A stretch of 64,000 bases of DNA from contig JALUTT010000020.1 of the NCBI GenBank assembly GCA_027021705.1, positions 591-64,590 of the forward strand. The letters run 5' to 3'. Position numbers and translations under genes: made by a program. This DNA comes from Anaerolineae bacterium (GTDB lineage: Bacteria; Chloroflexota; Anaerolineae; S140-20). Below are positions 14,221-24,185 of this stretch, in pieces; positions within the stretch are counted from its first letter, which is position 1; each line of letters starts with the position of its first letter. The notes below the pieces were generated by a model that did no database searches, was not told the origin of the DNA, and saw nothing but the letters and a program-made list of their open reading frames with translations.

Positions 14221-16760
14221 TTCAAACAGCCCAGGGTCTGGGCGATCAGGTGGAGAATGGCCTCCACGGAGGTGGTGGCGCGGATGGGAACGGCGGTCTG
14301 CAGGCGGGTCTCGGTGCACCGGGGTCGGCTCAGGTTCAGTGGATCGTCCAGCCGATCGGGCGGGCAGGCCAGCAGGAGAACGGGCCGGGGGGATTTGCCG
14401 TCCAGGACGGCGAAAGGGGCGGCACCGTCCCCTCGGAAGTAACGGACGACCTGCCCAGAGCGATCCAGATGGTGGTCTATCCCCGGGGCTATGGTCAGGA
14501 TTCCCTCGTGAATCGCGTAGAGATACCGCTTCTCCTCGGGCCAGTGGGGCTGGTCCCCTGCCGGTGGGCGCGGCTGGGCGACGCCCGGCGGGTGCCGTCC
14601 GGGGAAGGGGAGGTCGTCCAAGGGAAGCTGGTCCTCCAGATGGCCGATCAGGGCGTCGAGGAGCTTCATCGCCTCGGCATAGAGGACCGCCGCCTGGGAG
14701 AAAGCGCCGGGGTCCTGGCTGGTGGCCAGCCTCAACAAGGCTGTCGCGGAGGCCAGCCAGAGGCGGGCCTTCCAGGTCTCGTCTTCCATTTCCTGGGCAA
14801 AGGCGGCCAGGTGCCCCAACATCAGCCGCTGGAAGCGCAGGGAGAGTTCGCTGCCCAGGGGGTCATAGGAGAAGCCACGCCCCAGGGCCTTGTCCTCCGC
14901 TTCCAAAGGCTGAAGCGAGACCTCCTGCTCCCGCAGGAAGCGGTAGATGCAGACATCCTCCAGCAGCAGGCCGAAGTCCTGGACGTAATCCCCGTGGGAC
15001 TCGAGGCTGTCCAGGTCAATGAGCCGGACCTGCTTGCCATCGGGGGTGAGCATGATGTTGCGGCTGTGGGCGTCCCCGTGGACCATCATCAGCGTCCGCA
15101 CCTCCAGGCCGGCCTGGTAGGCCCGCAACTTGTTCAGGTAGTGGCCGATGGCAGGGTAGCGCCTGGCCCCCAGGTAGAAGCCGCGTAGCCAGGGTTTGAG
15201 GGCCGGAAAGCGCCTGACCAGGCGGTTCAGCGCCGTCTCGATGGGGGCCACGTAGAGGCGGGCGATCTGGGACCCGAAGAACTCCTGGAGGCGGGTGTGT
15301 CGGTGCAGCGTGGTCAGGGCGTGGCAGACCTGGCGACATATGGGCCGCAGGTGGCGCTCTTGGAGATCGGGGTCCCCCTGGTACTCCAGTTCCTGGAGCA
15401 GGCTGTAGAGCGTCCGCATCCGCGTCAGGTCCTCCATCAGCAGGTAGCCCCGCTCCTCGCCCGATGCGGAGGGCCAGAAGGAGGACTCATCGTGGCGGGC
15501 GAAGAAGGGGCGGGCCGCTTCAGGCAGGTCCCGGTAGCGCCGGATCGCCCGGCGCAGCCCTTCGCGGTCGGCCCGCTTGATGACCAGCGAATCGGGGGCA
15601 GGATGGAACTGGAGGGCCGGGCTTTCCAGCCCGCCCGGCGGGGAGAAGCGGAGGTGAAAGGAGACCCGATAGAGCTGGGTCCCTCTTCGTCCGCCGGCCA
15701 GTTGCTCCAAGTCGTTGATTTGGACCTGGAGGCGTTCTTTGATGAGGCCGGCCAACGCAGTCCGTTGCTCCTGCTCCAGCGCTTGCCGTCGAAGGGTCCA
15801 GTCCTCCCGCTCTCGGTCGAAGAGGAGGTGGACGAGCGCCTCGTGGAGTTCGGTCCCATGACGGGTGGCCAGAAGCCGGAGCATCAAGGCGTGGAAGAAG
15901 TTGGCCTCCCGGCGGAAGGCTGCCCGCTCGTAGCGAGCACGGCACTCCTGGATCAGGCTCTCCACGGCCTGGATGGCCTGGGGGGAGTCGGACATATGGG
16001 TGGAGAGCTGGATGCCGCAGTAGAGGCGGTCGGAGAGCTTGAGGCCCTCAGGGGGGGAGACGACCGCCTGCACCAGCGCCGCTTCCAGCGCTTTCAGGGT
16101 GGCCGGGTCGTCCAGGCGGCCGGCCCGCCGCAGGATCGCCATGGCGTAGCTCAGCTCGCCCGGCCCCAGGTAGGCGCTGGGGCTGCGGGGATCGGTCTGC
16201 CAGCGGTGCAGGTGCTCTTCGATGGCGGCAAGGGCGCGCCGGTAGCCTGCATGCCAGCTTTCCTGGATGGGGGCTCTTTTCGCCTCCAGGTGGAGGAGGG
16301 TGTCGGCGTAGATCATCGTGGCCAGCAGGGGGTTGGGCAGCACCCGTTGGATCAGGCCCTGCTCGTCCAGCCGCTCGTGCAGGGCTTGGAAATCACGGCG
16401 CAACGGGGGCGCATCGAAGGAGCCGATCCAGGCCAGCGTCTTGAAGCGGCTGGGGAAGAGGCGGGCTGTTTCTTCGTCCACCTGGGGCAGGTCCTGGATG
16501 CCCGGCAGCCGGACGAGCCAGGAGCAGGCGGCCTGGACGGCATCGCGGCTGTAGGTGCCCAGCCGGATCAGGTGGAGGGCCTCGGCGGCGTGACAGGTGT
16601 AGCGGATGGTGGCCACGGAGACCCTCTCCCCCCAGGCCCCGGTGCCGGCGCAGCGGGTGGTGCTGAGGAAGATAGTCAGGTAGAGGGCCAAGCGGGCATC
16701 TTTCTCCAGTTCCGTCGCCCCTTCAGCGCGAAAGGGGTTCTCGTAGAAATAGGGGTGCAT
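14211..16760 (-). CDS. Multidomain protein: alpha/alpha-toroid-like N-terminus + APH-fold kinase + small C-terminal domain
   Basis: GAWG..YTCHAAEAL..AVQAACSWL resembles a prenyltransferase repeat; kinase motifs LVIK, LLMEDL, HGDAHSRN, LIDLD. Confidence 0.75.
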   Translation of the reverse strand: MHPYFYENPFRAEGATELEKDARLALYLTIFLSTTRCAGTGAWGERVSVATIRYTCHAAEALHLIRLGTYSRDAVQAACSWLVRLPGIQDLPQVDEETARLFPSRFKTLAWIGSFDAPPLRRDFQALHERLDEQGLIQRVLPNPLLATMIYADTLLHLEAKRAPIQESWHAGYRRALAAIEEHLHRWQTDPRSPSAYLGPGELSYAMAILRRAGRLDDPATLKALEAALVQAVVSPPEGLKLSDRLYCGIQLSTHMSDSPQAIQAVESLIQECRARYERAAFRREANFFHALMLRLLATRHGTELHEALVHLLFDREREDWTLRRQALEQEQRTALAGLIKERLQVQINDLEQLAGGRRGTQLYRVSFHLRFSPPGGLESPALQFHPAPDSLVIKRADREGLRRAIRRYRDLPEAARPFFARHDESSFWPSASGEERGYLLMEDLTRMRTLYSLLQELEYQGDPDLQERHLRPICRQVCHALTTLHRHTRLQEFFGSQIARLYVAPIETALNRLVRRFPALKPWLRGFYLGARRYPAIGHYLNKLRAYQAGLEVRTLMMVHGDAHSRNIMLTPDGKQVRLIDLDSLESHGDYVQDFGLLLEDVCIYRFLREQEVSLQPLEAEDKALGRGFSYDPLGSELSLRFQRLMLGHLAAFAQEMEDETWKARLWLASATALLRLATSQDPGAFSQAAVLYAEAMKLLDALIGHLEDQLPLDDLPFPGRHPPGVAQPRPPAGDQPHWPEEKRYLYAIHEGILTIAPGIDHHLDRSGQVVRYFRGDGAAPFAVLDGKSPRPVLLLACPPDRLDDPLNLSRPRCTETRLQTAVPIRATTSVEAILHLIAQTLGCLNDR

Positions 16761-16763
16761 GGC

Positions 16764-18803
16764 TCAACCTCCCAGCTTCTCACAGATCAGGGCCGCTGAG
16801 AGGAGGGCGTGACGGGCCCGTATCGGGGCCAAGAGGTCTCGATCCCGCAGGACAGCCCAGACCATCACCTTCAGGGCGTAGTAGAGGAGTCCCACTTCGT
16901 ACTCCGCCGTCTCCCAGGTGTCGGTCCAGTGGTGCACCTGTTGTCGGAGGGTTTGGATGGCCGCGTAAGCCCGCTGGATGGGAGGCGGCACGCTGGCCGG
17001 AAGGTCGAGGGCCTGGTCAAAGCGGCGGGGGATGAGCAGGGCCTGTTCCAGGGCGTACCGCTCGACCAGATCGGGCAGGTCCAGCAGGTTGAACTTGATG
17101 ACCGATTCCAGCTCGGCGAAGTCCCGGATGAGGGGGCCCCAGCCGGTGTGGAAGAAGTCAATGAGCCAGGCCCGTCCATCTTCGTCCACAAAGAGGTTGC
17201 GTCCGTGCAGGTCGCCGTGGGTGATCGCCTGGTAGGAAGGCAGGGGAAAACGATCTCGCCGGTAGCGGATGAAGTAGGCCGGGTTGGGCAGCTCCCGGTG
17301 CCACCCTCTCCAGTGGACTTCAAGGCTCTTGGCCCCGGCCGGCTTCAGGGCCAAGCCGCTGTGGGGGCGACCGTCGAGGAGGCAGGCCACGACCTCGGCA
17401 AGGGTCCGCTGCTTGGAGGGCTGGTCCAGGCCCAGACGGCGCTCCAGGTCGCAGGCCAGGGCGTCGGGCTTCCGGGCCACCCAGCGCTGCTTCCCCCGAT
17501 ACCAGCGACCGCACGTCTCCTCGAAGAGGTCCTGGATGGTCCGGCAGACCTGTTCGGAGGAGACACAGGGGTCTCGGTAGTAGGCCAGGAAGTCCCTCGG
17601 GGTGCCCGGTGCCTGCCCGATGAAGGAGAAGAGCAGCCCACCCAGCCGCAGCGTGCGGGCCATCTCCCCCCGTAGTTGGGTCGCCCGAAGGCCGGCGAAG
17701 GGGGCGACGTAGCGGAAGTAGTTGCGCCGCTCCCGCTCGATGTTGTTCCGCCGGCCAAACTTGATGACCACAGGCTCCCCTTCCAGGTCGCGGTCATAAA
17801 AGGGGCGGGCCAGCACCACCCCTGACCCGCCCCGTCCGGGAGCCATGTACTCGATGCGCAATCGGCGCACATCGTTGGGGAAGAGCCGCCGGAAGAGCTC
17901 CTCCAGTTCCTCGGCGGCTCGACGCCGTTCCTCCCACGGGGCGGTACGGAAATCCTTCAACGATGCCACCAGCCCCACCAGCGAGGTCCCCGTCCCCCAC
18001 TCGATCTGCATCCGCTGGTTGATGCGAACCCGCTCGGCGAAGGCGGTGTTGATCGCCCTCAGCAACTCCTCCGTCTCGCCCTTGGCCTTGATCAGGTAGT
18101 CTACAGCACCGACCTCTCGCAGCGCCCGGCGCACGCCCTCAATGGAAGGGTAGCTGGTGAGGATGATGCAGGGAACGACCGGGTCCATCCGCTGGGCCAG
18201 GTCCAGGCCGCTGACGTCCTCCTCGTCTCCGCCTTCCAGGCGAACGTCAATGACGGCCAGGTGCACCCGCTCCTGCTGGTAGAGGGTCTCCGCCAGGGCC
18301 GGGGAGGCGGCGGTGAAGACCTGATACCCCTCGTTCTCCAGGATAGAGGCCAGGGAGGTCAGGATCTCGGGGCTGTCGTCCACAATGAGAATGCGCCCTT
18401 TGGGAGGGATCACCCCGCTCTGGCGCAACAGCCTCTCCAGGACCGACCATCCCTCTTGCAGCGCTTGAGGGGTCTCCTCGGCCAGGGGGATGTAATCGGC
18501 GGCACCGAGGGTGTAGGCCCGGCGGGCCCGCTCCACGCTGGGCTCCAAGTCCACCACCACCACCGGCGGCCGGCGAGCCTCCTGAGCTGAGGGGCGGAGT
18601 TGGCTGGGAAGCGTCCTGGGCAGCACCTCTCCCCCCACCAGCACCAGGTGGGGATGTCGCTGGAGGAGCCAGGTCCGAGCCGCCTCCCAGTTCTCGACCG
18701 CCTCCAAGCGGTAACCCATCAGCCCCTCGTCCAGGAGACGACGAGAGCGGGCAGTCACCTCCGGGTCTTGGGTCACCAGAAGGACGATAAGGGAGCCACG
18801 CAT
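16764..18803 (-). CDS. Tandem receiver domains + APH/TCAD9-like kinase
   Basis: REC1 degenerate (HLVLVGGE, no Asp); REC2 RILIVDD..LAVIDVRL..ILTSY..YLIK; kinase VVIKFG, ERERRNY, HGDLHGRN, LIDF, DFAELE. Start set at ATG 18803. Confidence 0.82.
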   Translation of the reverse strand: MRGSLIVLLVTQDPEVTARSRRLLDEGLMGYRLEAVENWEAARTWLLQRHPHLVLVGGEVLPRTLPSQLRPSAQEARRPPVVVVDLEPSVERARRAYTLGAADYIPLAEETPQALQEGWSVLERLLRQSGVIPPKGRILIVDDSPEILTSLASILENEGYQVFTAASPALAETLYQQERVHLAVIDVRLEGGDEEDVSGLDLAQRMDPVVPCIILTSYPSIEGVRRALREVGAVDYLIKAKGETEELLRAINTAFAERVRINQRMQIEWGTGTSLVGLVASLKDFRTAPWEERRRAAEELEELFRRLFPNDVRRLRIEYMAPGRGGSGVVLARPFYDRDLEGEPVVIKFGRRNNIERERRNYFRYVAPFAGLRATQLRGEMARTLRLGGLLFSFIGQAPGTPRDFLAYYRDPCVSSEQVCRTIQDLFEETCGRWYRGKQRWVARKPDALACDLERRLGLDQPSKQRTLAEVVACLLDGRPHSGLALKPAGAKSLEVHWRGWHRELPNPAYFIRYRRDRFPLPSYQAITHGDLHGRNLFVDEDGRAWLIDFFHTGWGPLIRDFAELESVIKFNLLDLPDLVERYALEQALLIPRRFDQALDLPASVPPPIQRAYAAIQTLRQQVHHWTDTWETAEYEVGLLYYALKVMVWAVLRDRDLLAPIRARHALLSAALICEKLGG

Positions 18804-18825
18804 CGTGGGCAACAGCTTTGAGAGT

Positions 18826-18945
18826 GTATCTATTCCGCCTACCCTCCCGCAGGTCACCGGTCGAGGGCGCTTTCAGCCCCGATGGGCTATTGGAAGCACG
18901 GTTTCGCGTCGGAAACGCGCCTAACCTGCGGGAGGGTGAACGGTT
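18826..18945 (-). repeat. REPIN/MITE-like dispersed element, copy 2 (inverted)
   Basis: Near-exact reverse complement of 11477-11596. Confidence 0.9.
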
Positions 18946-18961
18946 GTGAGAGTTGAACTGC

Positions 18962-20122
18962 TCATCCATACCGGCGCACGAAGCGGTGCATCCGCTCCAG
19001 CGCCTCCTCGATCTTCTCGTAAGCGGTGGCGTAGGAGCAGCGGACGTAGCCCTTGCCGGCCTCACCGAAGGCGCTACCCGGCACGACGGCCACCCGCTCC
19101 TCCTGCAACAGCCGCTCGGCGAACTCGTTATCGTCCATCCCTGAGACGGCGATGGAGGGGAAGGCATAGAAAGCGCCTTGAGGCTCGAAGCAGTCCAGCC
19201 CGATGCTGTTGAGGCCGTCCACAATGAGGCGACGGCGGCGGTCGTACTCGGCCACCATCCGCTGGACGTCCTCTTCGGCTTCCAGGACGGCGGCCAGAGC
19301 TGCCATCTGACCGACGGTGGGGGCAGACATAATGGTGTACTGGTGGACTTTGCGCATAGCCGCCAGCAGTTCCGCCGGAGCCAGGGCGTAGCCGATGCGG
19401 AAGCCCGTCATAGCATAGGCTTTGGAGAAGCCTTGGAGGACGATGGTTCGCTCCCACATCCCCGGCAATGCGCTGAAGCAGACGTGCTCCACCCCGTAGA
19501 CCAGTCGGTCGTAGATCTCGTCGGAGATGACCAGCAGGTCGTGCTTCTCCGCCAGGGCGGCGATCTCCATCAGCCGCTCTCGGGTCATCACCGCGCCGGT
19601 GGGGTTGTTGGGATAGCCGATGAGCAGGGCCTTGGTCTGAGGGGTGATGGCCTCTTCGATCTGGGCGGCGGTGATCTGGAAGTCGTGCTCGCGGGTGGCG
19701 TTGACGATGATGGGCTTTCCGCCGGCGAAGATCACCTCGGGGGCGTAGGAGACGAAGCAGGGATGAGGAACGATGACCTCGTCGCCGGGGTTCAGGGTGG
19801 CCGTCAGGGCCAGGTAGAGGGCTTCGGAGACGCCGACGGTGACCAGCACCTCGCGCTCCGGATCGTAGCGGACGCCGTAGAGCCGTTCCACGTGGTCGGC
19901 GATGGCCTGGCGCAGTTCGATGGTGCCGGAGTTGGAGGTGTAGTGGGTCTCGCCCCGCTCCAGGGAGGCGATGGCGGCACGGAGGGCGGCCGGCGGGGAG
20001 ACGAAGTCGGGCTCACCGATGCCCAGGCTGATCACATCGTCCATCGTCGCCGCGATGTCGAAGAAGCGGCGGATCCCTGAGGGAGGAACCGTGGCTACCC
20101 TGTGGGAGATAAAGTCACGCAT
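18962..20122 (-). CDS. Class I/II PLP aminotransferase (aspartate/aromatic type)
   Basis: ISLGIGEPDF, YPNNPTG, SDEIYD, GFSKAYAMTGFRIGY, YVRCSYA. Confidence 0.93.
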   Translation of the reverse strand: MRDFISHRVATVPPSGIRRFFDIAATMDDVISLGIGEPDFVSPPAALRAAIASLERGETHYTSNSGTIELRQAIADHVERLYGVRYDPEREVLVTVGVSEALYLALTATLNPGDEVIVPHPCFVSYAPEVIFAGGKPIIVNATREHDFQITAAQIEEAITPQTKALLIGYPNNPTGAVMTRERLMEIAALAEKHDLLVISDEIYDRLVYGVEHVCFSALPGMWERTIVLQGFSKAYAMTGFRIGYALAPAELLAAMRKVHQYTIMSAPTVGQMAALAAVLEAEEDVQRMVAEYDRRRRLIVDGLNSIGLDCFEPQGAFYAFPSIAVSGMDDNEFAERLLQEERVAVVPGSAFGEAGKGYVRCSYATAYEKIEEALERMHRFVRRYG

Positions 20123-20147
20123 CAGGTTGCCTCCTGATCGAGTCCAT

Positions 20148-20819
20148 CTATGAAGTCTTCTCCTTTGCGTCCTTCTTGCCCCGCTCGGCCTCCCGGATCA
20201 TATCCCGCAGCAGGGCCGGGCTGCCGTGGTCCAGGATGGTGAGGACGAGGAGCAGTTCCTTGCTCTCTTCGTCCATCTCGCTGTTCAAGATCTTCTGCAC
20301 GTAGTTGCGGGGATCGGCAGGGCCGGTGGCCAGCAGGGCGGCCAGCACCAGGTGGGCTCGGCGGGCCAGCTCCTCCAGGTCCAGCATGGTGAGGGCCTGT
20401 TCGATGAGACGGACCCGCTCGCTCACCAGCGTGCGGTCTATCTGACGACGGCAGAAGGCCTGGAGGCGGGTGTACATCTCGTCGAGGCGGAAGCCCACGG
20501 CCTCACTGCTGCCCTCTCCCGGCAGCGGCTGGATGAAGTTGATGCGGGTTCGGATCAACATCTGCCAGGCCAGCCCCACCCCCACCGCCGTCCACAGGGA
20601 GGGGGCCAGGCCCGTGGCCAGGGCCGCGCCCAGGACGAGGCAGGCAAAGGCGGCGTTGAGGCCAACCAGCAAGAGGGCTCCTGAGGTGCGGAGGGCACGG
20701 ACGGGCTGGGCGGCGAAGGTGGAGACGATCTCGCTGACGGCCCACAGGGCGGCGACCAGGGCCGTAGCCAGGTAGAGCCCAACGTGGTGGCCAGCAAGCC
20801 AGGTCAAGAGGGTCGTCAC
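20148..20819 (-). CDS. Hypothetical membrane protein (about 3 N-terminal TM + helical C-terminus)
   Basis: ORF track; hydrophobic N-half; 3-nt gap to the upstream gene. Confidence 0.7.
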   Translation of the reverse strand: MTTLLTWLAGHHVGLYLATALVAALWAVSEIVSTFAAQPVRALRTSGALLLVGLNAAFACLVLGAALATGLAPSLWTAVGVGLAWQMLIRTRINFIQPLPGEGSSEAVGFRLDEMYTRLQAFCRRQIDRTLVSERVRLIEQALTMLDLEELARRAHLVLAALLATGPADPRNYVQKILNSEMDEESKELLLVLTILDHGSPALLRDMIREAERGKKDAKEKTS

Positions 20820-20822
20820 CGC

Positions 20823-21056
20823 TTAGCTCCTCACGATCTCTTGGCCCAGCTTGGTCAAGACGAGCATCTCGCCTCCCTTGAAGGCGTGGCGCTCGACGAG
20901 GCCGGCCTTCTCCAGCTCCTGGAGGGGCTGTTGGATCTCGTCGGGGAGCATAAAGGTGCGCACGGCCAGTTCGAGGGGCATTGCCGGCCCCTTTTCCCAC
21001 AGCGCCTGGAGCAGTTGCCGCTGTGTCTCGTCAATCTGCGCGTTGAACAGTTTCAT
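20823..21056 (-). CDS. Small winged-helix protein
   Basis: QRQLLQALWEKGPA..LELA..LQELEKAGLVER...LTKLG; GGAGG RBS before ATG 21056. Confidence 0.7.
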   Translation of the reverse strand: MKLFNAQIDETQRQLLQALWEKGPAMPLELAVRTFMLPDEIQQPLQELEKAGLVERHAFKGGEMLVLTKLGQEIVRS

Positions 21057-21081
21057 CCTTCCTCCTCCTCTGGAGACCCCT

Positions 21082-22068
21082 CTACACAAAGCCCACGATA
21101 GAGGAATCCCCCACGTTGAACTGGCGGTACCGGCCGGTGACGACCGCACCCTTGCCCACCAGGGACTGATCCAGCATCGCATCGCGGATCTCTGCTCCCT
21201 GGTCAATGATGCTGTTGCGGATGATGCTGTTCTCCACGTGGCAGTGGGCTGCGATGGTCGCGTAGGGGCCGATGATGGAGTTGATGATGGTGGCGGTGGG
21301 GTCCACGTGGACCGGCGGGATGAAGACGCTGTTCTCCCCCCGCACCTGGTCGCTGTTGTCGTGGCCGTTGTCCAGGAGGTAACGGTTGGTCTGCAGCACC
21401 GTCTCCGGCTTGCCGCAGTCCTCCCAGACCTCCACCGTCTCCACCCGCAGCCGGGCTCCTTCGTCCACCATCAGTTGGAGGGCGTCGGCCAGGTAGTACT
21501 CGCCCTTCGTCTTGATCCCCCGGTCCATCAGCGTCTGGATGGCCCGCATCAGCCAGGGGCCATCTTTGAGGTAGTAGAGGCCGATGACCGCCAGCCGGTT
21601 TTCCAGCGTATCGGGTTTTTCGATGAAGCGGGTGATGAAGCCCTCGGCGTCGGGGACGACGACGCCGAAGCGTCGGGGGTCCTCGACCTCCTTGACGTAG
21701 ACGATGCCGTCGGCCGGCTCGTCGGCCAGGCCGCTCAGGTCCGCCTCGAAAAGGGTGTCCACGAAGAGGATGAGGACCGGGCCGTCCACATACTCGCGGG
21801 CCAGCCAGAGGGCATGGGCTTGGCCCAGCAGCTCCTTCTGTTCGACGAAGTGGGCGGGGAAGTCGTAGGTCTCCCGGACGTAGGCTTCAATCTGCTCGCC
21901 CAGGTAGCCGACGATGAAGAGGAACTCTTCGATCTCCAGGCCGACGAGCTTGTCCAGGATGTGCCCCAGGACAGGCTTGCCGGCCACGTTGATAAGGGGC
22001 TTGGGTTTGGTGTAGGTGTGAGGGCGCAAACGGGTCCCGAATCCGGCCATCGGGATGATCGCTTTCAT
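21082..22068 (-). CDS. Sugar-1-phosphate nucleotidyltransferase (long-form G1P thymidylyltransferase-like)
   Basis: MKAIIPMAGFGTRLRPHT..KPKPL, FIEKP, GEYYLADA, C-terminal hexapeptide repeats. Confidence 0.9.
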   Translation of the reverse strand: MKAIIPMAGFGTRLRPHTYTKPKPLINVAGKPVLGHILDKLVGLEIEEFLFIVGYLGEQIEAYVRETYDFPAHFVEQKELLGQAHALWLAREYVDGPVLILFVDTLFEADLSGLADEPADGIVYVKEVEDPRRFGVVVPDAEGFITRFIEKPDTLENRLAVIGLYYLKDGPWLMRAIQTLMDRGIKTKGEYYLADALQLMVDEGARLRVETVEVWEDCGKPETVLQTNRYLLDNGHDNSDQVRGENSVFIPPVHVDPTATIINSIIGPYATIAAHCHVENSIIRNSIIDQGAEIRDAMLDQSLVGKGAVVTGRYRQFNVGDSSIVGFV

Positions 22069-22217
22069 AGGGGGATTGCTCCTCGCTGGCGATTTCCATT
22101 ATTTGTTCCCGGCATGCACCGCCTCTCACAACAAGGCCCGGCCTCAGGTTGGCCGGGTGGCGAGCCTGAAAATTCGACAATCCTGCTTTGCCGGGCGGTG
22201 ATCTCCCGGCCAACAGG

Positions 22218-22291
22218 TGGGCGGTGCAGGACTCGAACCTGCGACCTCTTCCTTGTAAGGGAAGCGCTCTGACCAACTGAGCTAACCGCCC
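22218..22291 (-). tRNA. tRNA-Val(TAC)
   Basis: GGGCGGTTAGCTCAGTTGGTCAGAGCG-CTTCC-CTTACAA-GGAAG-AGGTCGCAGGTTCGAGTCCTGCACCGCCCA; CCA not fully encoded. Confidence 0.97.
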
Positions 22292-22300
22292 TCCCTTGTT

Positions 22301-22328
22301 ATTATACCCATCCCTTGCGTTTCGTCAA
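22301..22328 (-). promoter_or_regulatory. Putative sigma70 promoter of tRNA-Val
   Basis: TTGACG-16 bp-TATAAT on the minus strand just upstream of the tRNA. Confidence 0.65.
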
Positions 22329-22478
22329 CGCCAGCTTCCCGGTAATCAGCAATCACCCACAAGGGAGCGAGGGAGCGGGCTGTGGTAGGCCATCCACGAA
22401 CTTCTCACGAATGCACGAATGAGGCAATCACCAATTCGTGTATTCATACCCCATTCGTGGACGGCCGATCTCAGCAGA

Positions 22479-24185
22479 TCAGTAGGCCGCGTAGTAGTAG
22501 TAGTCCAGGCGATCCAAAAGCCGCATCGCGCTGCGGATGGTGAGGAGGGCGAAGGTGAAGGAACCGGCCATCAGACCGACGACGCTCCAGGGATAGGCCA
22601 CCCCACGGCTCAATCCATACCCGATAGTCCCGTTGACCGCCATCGCGATGACGATCGCCCGGAGCACCGGTCCGGGGCGGGAGAGGGAGAAGAAGAACAC
22701 GCTGTTGAAGAGACCTACGACCAGGAGGTTATACCCCAACGCCGCTCCCCAGAAGGTGAAAAAGGTGATGGGGCTGCTGAAGAAATCCCGGATTAAGGGG
22801 ACTTCCTGGAACAAGCGTAGGGCGACGACCGCCTTGTAGGTCCCCACAATGCTCAGGCAGGCAGCAACGAGGAGGAGGATGAGCTGACGCCCGTAGAAGC
22901 GCTTGAAGTAGCGGTTGTGGTCCTCCAGGTTGAAGGCGCTGAAGAGCTTCTGGACGGGGATGATCATCGCCGAGAATTCGTTGATGGTGTACTCCAGCAG
23001 CGCGATGGTAAGGATGAGGGAGATCAAGGCCCAATCCACTCCCAGTTCGTAGGAGGTGTGGAACCAGAAGGGGTAGGGGAATGACCCCTCCGACACCGAC
23101 CAACCGATCACCCGATCCAGGTAGAGGTAGCCGAAGTAGAGCACACCATACGCGAAGTAGGGAGCGGTGGTGTACAGAAGGATGCTCAGGCGAGGCGGAC
23201 GGGCCCGCTTCTGCTCCTCGGAGAGCCGGCGAGCCCGCCGGCTTAGCAGGCCGTAGCCGTAACCCACGATCACCAGGTTGGTCAGCGTCAGCCCCAGGGC
23301 ATGGGCCGCGTAGATGCCCCAGTCGGTCCGGGTCATCACCAGGTGGACGACGCCGACGCCCAACAGGGTGCTGAGCAGGATGGCCGCCCGTTGGGTCAGC
23401 ATGTAGAGGACCGAGCTGTTCAGCCAGAGCTCTGCCAGCAGGACATAGTAGAGGAGGCTGACCAGGATGACCTGCTGGTCGTAGAAGGAGAAGAGCAGGT
23501 TGAGGCCGTAGACGAGCAGGCCCACCACCGCGATGAGCAAGTTGCCCAGCCCGATGAAACGGAGGGAGACCTGTCCGGCCAGACCGTAGTGCTTCTGCGC
23601 GACGTAGAACATCCCCCGGCGGCTGATGGCCTGAGTGAAGCCGCCGGTGACGATCAGGCTTAGGATGGTGCCAATAGCCACGACGGTTGCCTGCTCCTCG
23701 GAGAAGGCCAGGTAAGCCCAGAGGGAGTAGTTAAGGGCCAGGACCGCAGCGATCTGACCGGCCATGGGGAGGGCGAAGAGGACCCCCTGCAAGTAGAACC
23801 TCAGGAAGCGGACCAAACGCCGCCAGGACCGCACTTCTGGCGGACGCTCCCGGACGGAAGGCCGCGCCGCCAGCCTCCACCGGGCCCTCTCGTAGAGGTC
23901 CTGGGCCAGATCGAAGAGGTCTTGAGCGCCATACCGCTCGACAGCATCTACGTCCCGCAGCCCCATGCTCTCCAAGGTGGCCGCAATCGCCCAGGAGTCT
24001 ACCGGGTTGCCGATGGTCGCCAACACCTCTTCCAGCAGGTGTTCCCGCTCGGCACCCGAGGGAGAGGCGAGGAACAGCCCCACGCCGGCTCCTCTCACCC
24101 TGGTGAGCGTCTGGCCTGGAGCCGGAGATCCCCTGCTACCGTGCCCTCCCTCGGCGATCCCTTCCCCATTCATCTTCCCGTTCAC
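22479..24185 (-). CDS. PelG-like polysaccharide exporter (MOP/flippase-type membrane protein)
   Basis: About 12 TM segments; SLIVTGGFTQAISRR and YLDRVIGW resemble PelG; lies in an operon with two PelF-like GTs. Confidence 0.65.
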   Translation of the reverse strand: MNGKMNGEGIAEGGHGSRGSPAPGQTLTRVRGAGVGLFLASPSGAEREHLLEEVLATIGNPVDSWAIAATLESMGLRDVDAVERYGAQDLFDLAQDLYERARWRLAARPSVRERPPEVRSWRRLVRFLRFYLQGVLFALPMAGQIAAVLALNYSLWAYLAFSEEQATVVAIGTILSLIVTGGFTQAISRRGMFYVAQKHYGLAGQVSLRFIGLGNLLIAVVGLLVYGLNLLFSFYDQQVILVSLLYYVLLAELWLNSSVLYMLTQRAAILLSTLLGVGVVHLVMTRTDWGIYAAHALGLTLTNLVIVGYGYGLLSRRARRLSEEQKRARPPRLSILLYTTAPYFAYGVLYFGYLYLDRVIGWSVSEGSFPYPFWFHTSYELGVDWALISLILTIALLEYTINEFSAMIIPVQKLFSAFNLEDHNRYFKRFYGRQLILLLVAACLSIVGTYKAVVALRLFQEVPLIRDFFSSPITFFTFWGAALGYNLLVVGLFNSVFFFSLSRPGPVLRAIVIAMAVNGTIGYGLSRGVAYPWSVVGLMAGSFTFALLTIRSAMRLLDRLDYYYYAAY

